Below, piece after piece: positions 61,506 to 64,000 of a stretch of DNA of 64,000 nucleotides. The notes under the pieces were generated by a model, which was given only the letters and a program-made list of their open reading frames with translations, ran no database searches and had not been told where the DNA came from. The stretch's first letter is position 1; the number at the start of each line of letters is the position of its first letter. The position numbers and the translations under genes were made by a program. Source of the stretch: Camelus dromedarius (taxonomy: Eukaryota); NCBI RefSeq assembly GCF_036321535.1, contig NC_087439.1:40982001-41046000 (forward strand), read 5' to 3'.

Positions 61506-64000
61506 GCCATATATTTCAAGACTGCTATTAACATAACAAGTAGATGTCTGATGAAAGACTTACACTCCATAACTGCAATTAGGATACAAAAGTAACATGT
61601 CTATTAATATATTACTTATTAAATAATAACAATATGTAATTACTTATTAAATAATAATAACTTATTTAACAAAATAATGTTTAGCTTGTCTGAAATAGTA
61701 AGAAAATCCATTGTGAGTTTTATCTTCTAAAAAATTGTAACTTCCCAAAGAAAGTTATATTTTAAACAAAATGGTTAGGTTTAAAATGTTATCAACAGTT
61801 GAGTAGATTGTCTTCTTTCCAACATTGTTTCTTATATTCTACAAAGGTAAGATTAAGTCTTCAGCATGTGATTATGATGACTATGTATTTTTGGACCTCC
61901 ATAGCAATAATCCAACTATAAACACCAAAATTCCACAGGTCTTTCAGAAAGGCAGGATGCACACCTCTCATGTTGTGGGCTGTGGCCCTGACAAAGGCCA
62001 TCCAATCAGAGAGTGCCAGAAACACATGTCCTGGCTGGGCTGGCCAGAATCAAACACTAAATGCTCCTCCTCCACCACAGACATTTCAGACACATCCAAT
62101 ATTTAGAGACAGTGGTATCGGACACTTTACTCTTGTAACAAAGAGGTAAGAATGAAGTTTAAACCATCAAACACTACTGATAGGACTGGATACTGTCATA
62201 CTCTTTCTACAGTCACCAAACCAAGCCATAAAGAGGAGGTGGTAAGACCAGGGTCCAGGCAGGAGAAACAGCAGGTCTAAGTGGACCACTGTAACCTTCT
62301 CAGGCTTCTTTTCTCTCTTCAGGTCATGACAAGTTCTCTCATTTCACAGTGTTCACAGAACTTATCTCTAATTTCATTCATATTAACTTTATGGACAGAC
62401 TAAAATGCTAAGTTTCCATTTATGCACGTTTTACACTTTCAAATAGACTTTAAGACCCTTGAAGAAGGGATTGCTATCACCACAGGCAGGGCAGGCAGAA
62501 GTCACACCACAAATACATGGAAAGCTTATAATCTAGACCATCTTATTGTTATATTTTCAGGTCTGCATTATGTATGTGTAACTAACTTTTAAATTCTATC
62601 CTTTAAAAATAATTCTTAGATATTTCTTTAGTCCCCCAAGTTCTTTACACACTGCTAAAGCATGCAGAAGGTGCTCGATTCACATACATAATTATTTTGC
62701 ATGGCTGCTTCCATGAATTCCTTGGTGATATGCACATATACATTGTTCAGAGCATTGGTTCTAAAAGGCCAGTTCTAATATTAACTCCTCTAAAAAGACA
62801 TCTCAAATACGTCCCCCTTCCTCCCTTTGGAAACTCCTAGCCCACTGTCCTGTGTTCACTAAGCACTCAGAGGAGGCCTCTCATGGGTAACCAGAGCACA
62901 AAAGCTCTATATGATACTTACTAGGCCTTTATCTATTCCCTTCCTACATTGTGGATTCTTTTAGGGTAGGAAATTTGTCATTTTCATTTGGTACTAGAAG
63001 AGTCAATGAATGATTTTTTAAAAGATGAATATAAAAAGTAAATGGATATAAAAATAAGGGTATTTGTGCATTCATGAGAAAACTTCTAGAACCTCATGAA
63101 TGAAGTCAAAGATTTAGAGAGTTGGGTTGTGCGTGGTTTTGTTTGTGTTGTTTTGATTTTTAAAGCAAAAAAAAAAGACAATAGGCAAACCTCTTCCTGA
63201 TGAAACAGGGAGAGAGTCACAACTGCCAGCAGGGGAAGTGACACCAAACAATTTCATGTGAGCTAGGAGCTCCAAAATGAGAGACAATGTAATTGCTAGC
63301 AGTTGCTATGGTAGCAAAAATAAACCTTATACAGATATTTCAGTCATCATTTAACTATGCTGTCTATTTACTGGGGGGTTTTCAGTGGTGGTTGAAGCCA
63401 AGAAAGGAAAAAATAACATCTGAGGCTTATTCGCCAGGAAGAAAATAGGAAATTGATATGTGGGCAACAACTGAGGTCTTCTTCAATCAAAAAATAGCTG
63501 GAGGGAATCCTAATCCCCTCCCCACAAAGGGGGGACATTCTTACACAGACAGGCATAGAACAGGAGGCTAAAGGAAATAAAGGGATGGAAGTGAAGCAAT
63601 GGCATAAAAAGGATAATAAATCTAACTTTTCAGATAAATGTCTTAAGTTCAATTTACAGTTTTCCTAAGTATAAGAATATTTCTTGTTAACAAAGTCGAC
63701 CTTGTTGCATGGAGAAGTGAATCAAGAATATTTGAACACATGGATGGTAACTGCAAACTGGAGGGCACTTTCTATATAAAAGGGACTCCAAATGGAGTCC
63801 ATATTCACAAAGGTGTTTTATACATATAAAGGGCAAGGCACTATGTTAGTACCGGAAATGTACTAAAATATGCAGTCCAGCCATAAATACACACAAAATA
63901 ACATGGGTACAAAGCATCTTAAAAGTCATGACAAATAAAAGACAGTATGTATCTGGGCAGAAGCATGAAGAAAAACATCCTGGAGGAGGTGAGGGCGGAC

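Larger units (their letters stand above)
1..64000 (-). other. COBLL1: COBLL1 gene body (partial: internal exons and introns only)
   Basis: Six minus-strand exons splice in frame to [15 protein letters not shown]...[10 protein letters not shown]...[14 protein letters not shown]...MDVSR(ATSVTTFNNSSLQ)ESCQISQN...[13 protein letters not shown]...SMDETDE, recognised as the COBLL1 N-terminal region. No start or stop codon of the gene is in the window. Confidence 0.95.

Noticed and set aside
61611-61660. Short tandem duplications (also ~48236-48266, ~7366-7392, ~54920-54970)
   Set aside because: Ordinary slippage duplications in AT-rich DNA.
1-64000. CRISPR arrays, prokaryotic defence or mobile systems, rRNA, snoRNA, or the human metabolic-trait enhancer variants at COBLL1
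   Set aside because: The sequence is mammalian intronic DNA with no regularly spaced repeats or recognisable RNA gene, and human variants cannot be placed without an alignment.

Overview
This is mammalian genomic DNA, AT-rich, CpG-depleted and repeat-dense. It is most likely camelid (alpaca or camel), judged from a tRNA-Ala-derived Vic-1-type SINE and camelid-type L1 3' ends. The whole window lies inside COBLL1 (cordon-bleu WH2 repeat protein-like 1), transcribed on the minus strand. Five constitutive coding exons (36086-35898, 23153-22952, 21324-21096, 16059-15962, 15849-15613) and a 39-nt cassette exon (20284-20246) join in frame with canonical GT-AG sites. They encode the N-terminal K-x-K/R-A-P-x-P-P motifs and the Cobl-homology (ubiquitin-like) region. 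The start-codon exon lies beyond 64000, and the next downstream exon was not found, so it presumably lies before position 1. The introns hold L1, L2, MIR, MLT1 and hAT-Charlie (MER) relics, microsatellites and two assembly gaps. There is no prokaryotic-type system and no credible second protein-coding gene. The most interesting items are: (1) the same 53-nt L1-tail micro-insertion, with an identical 5' boundary, at two independent sites, each with a target-site duplication; (2) an inverted ~30-nt templated insertion copied from ~1 kb away; (3) several well-formed cryptic or poison exon candidates; (4) a strong CTCF site and a STAT/TEAD palindrome. Repeat family names come from my recall of consensus sequences, and repeat boundaries are approximate unless a TSD fixes them.
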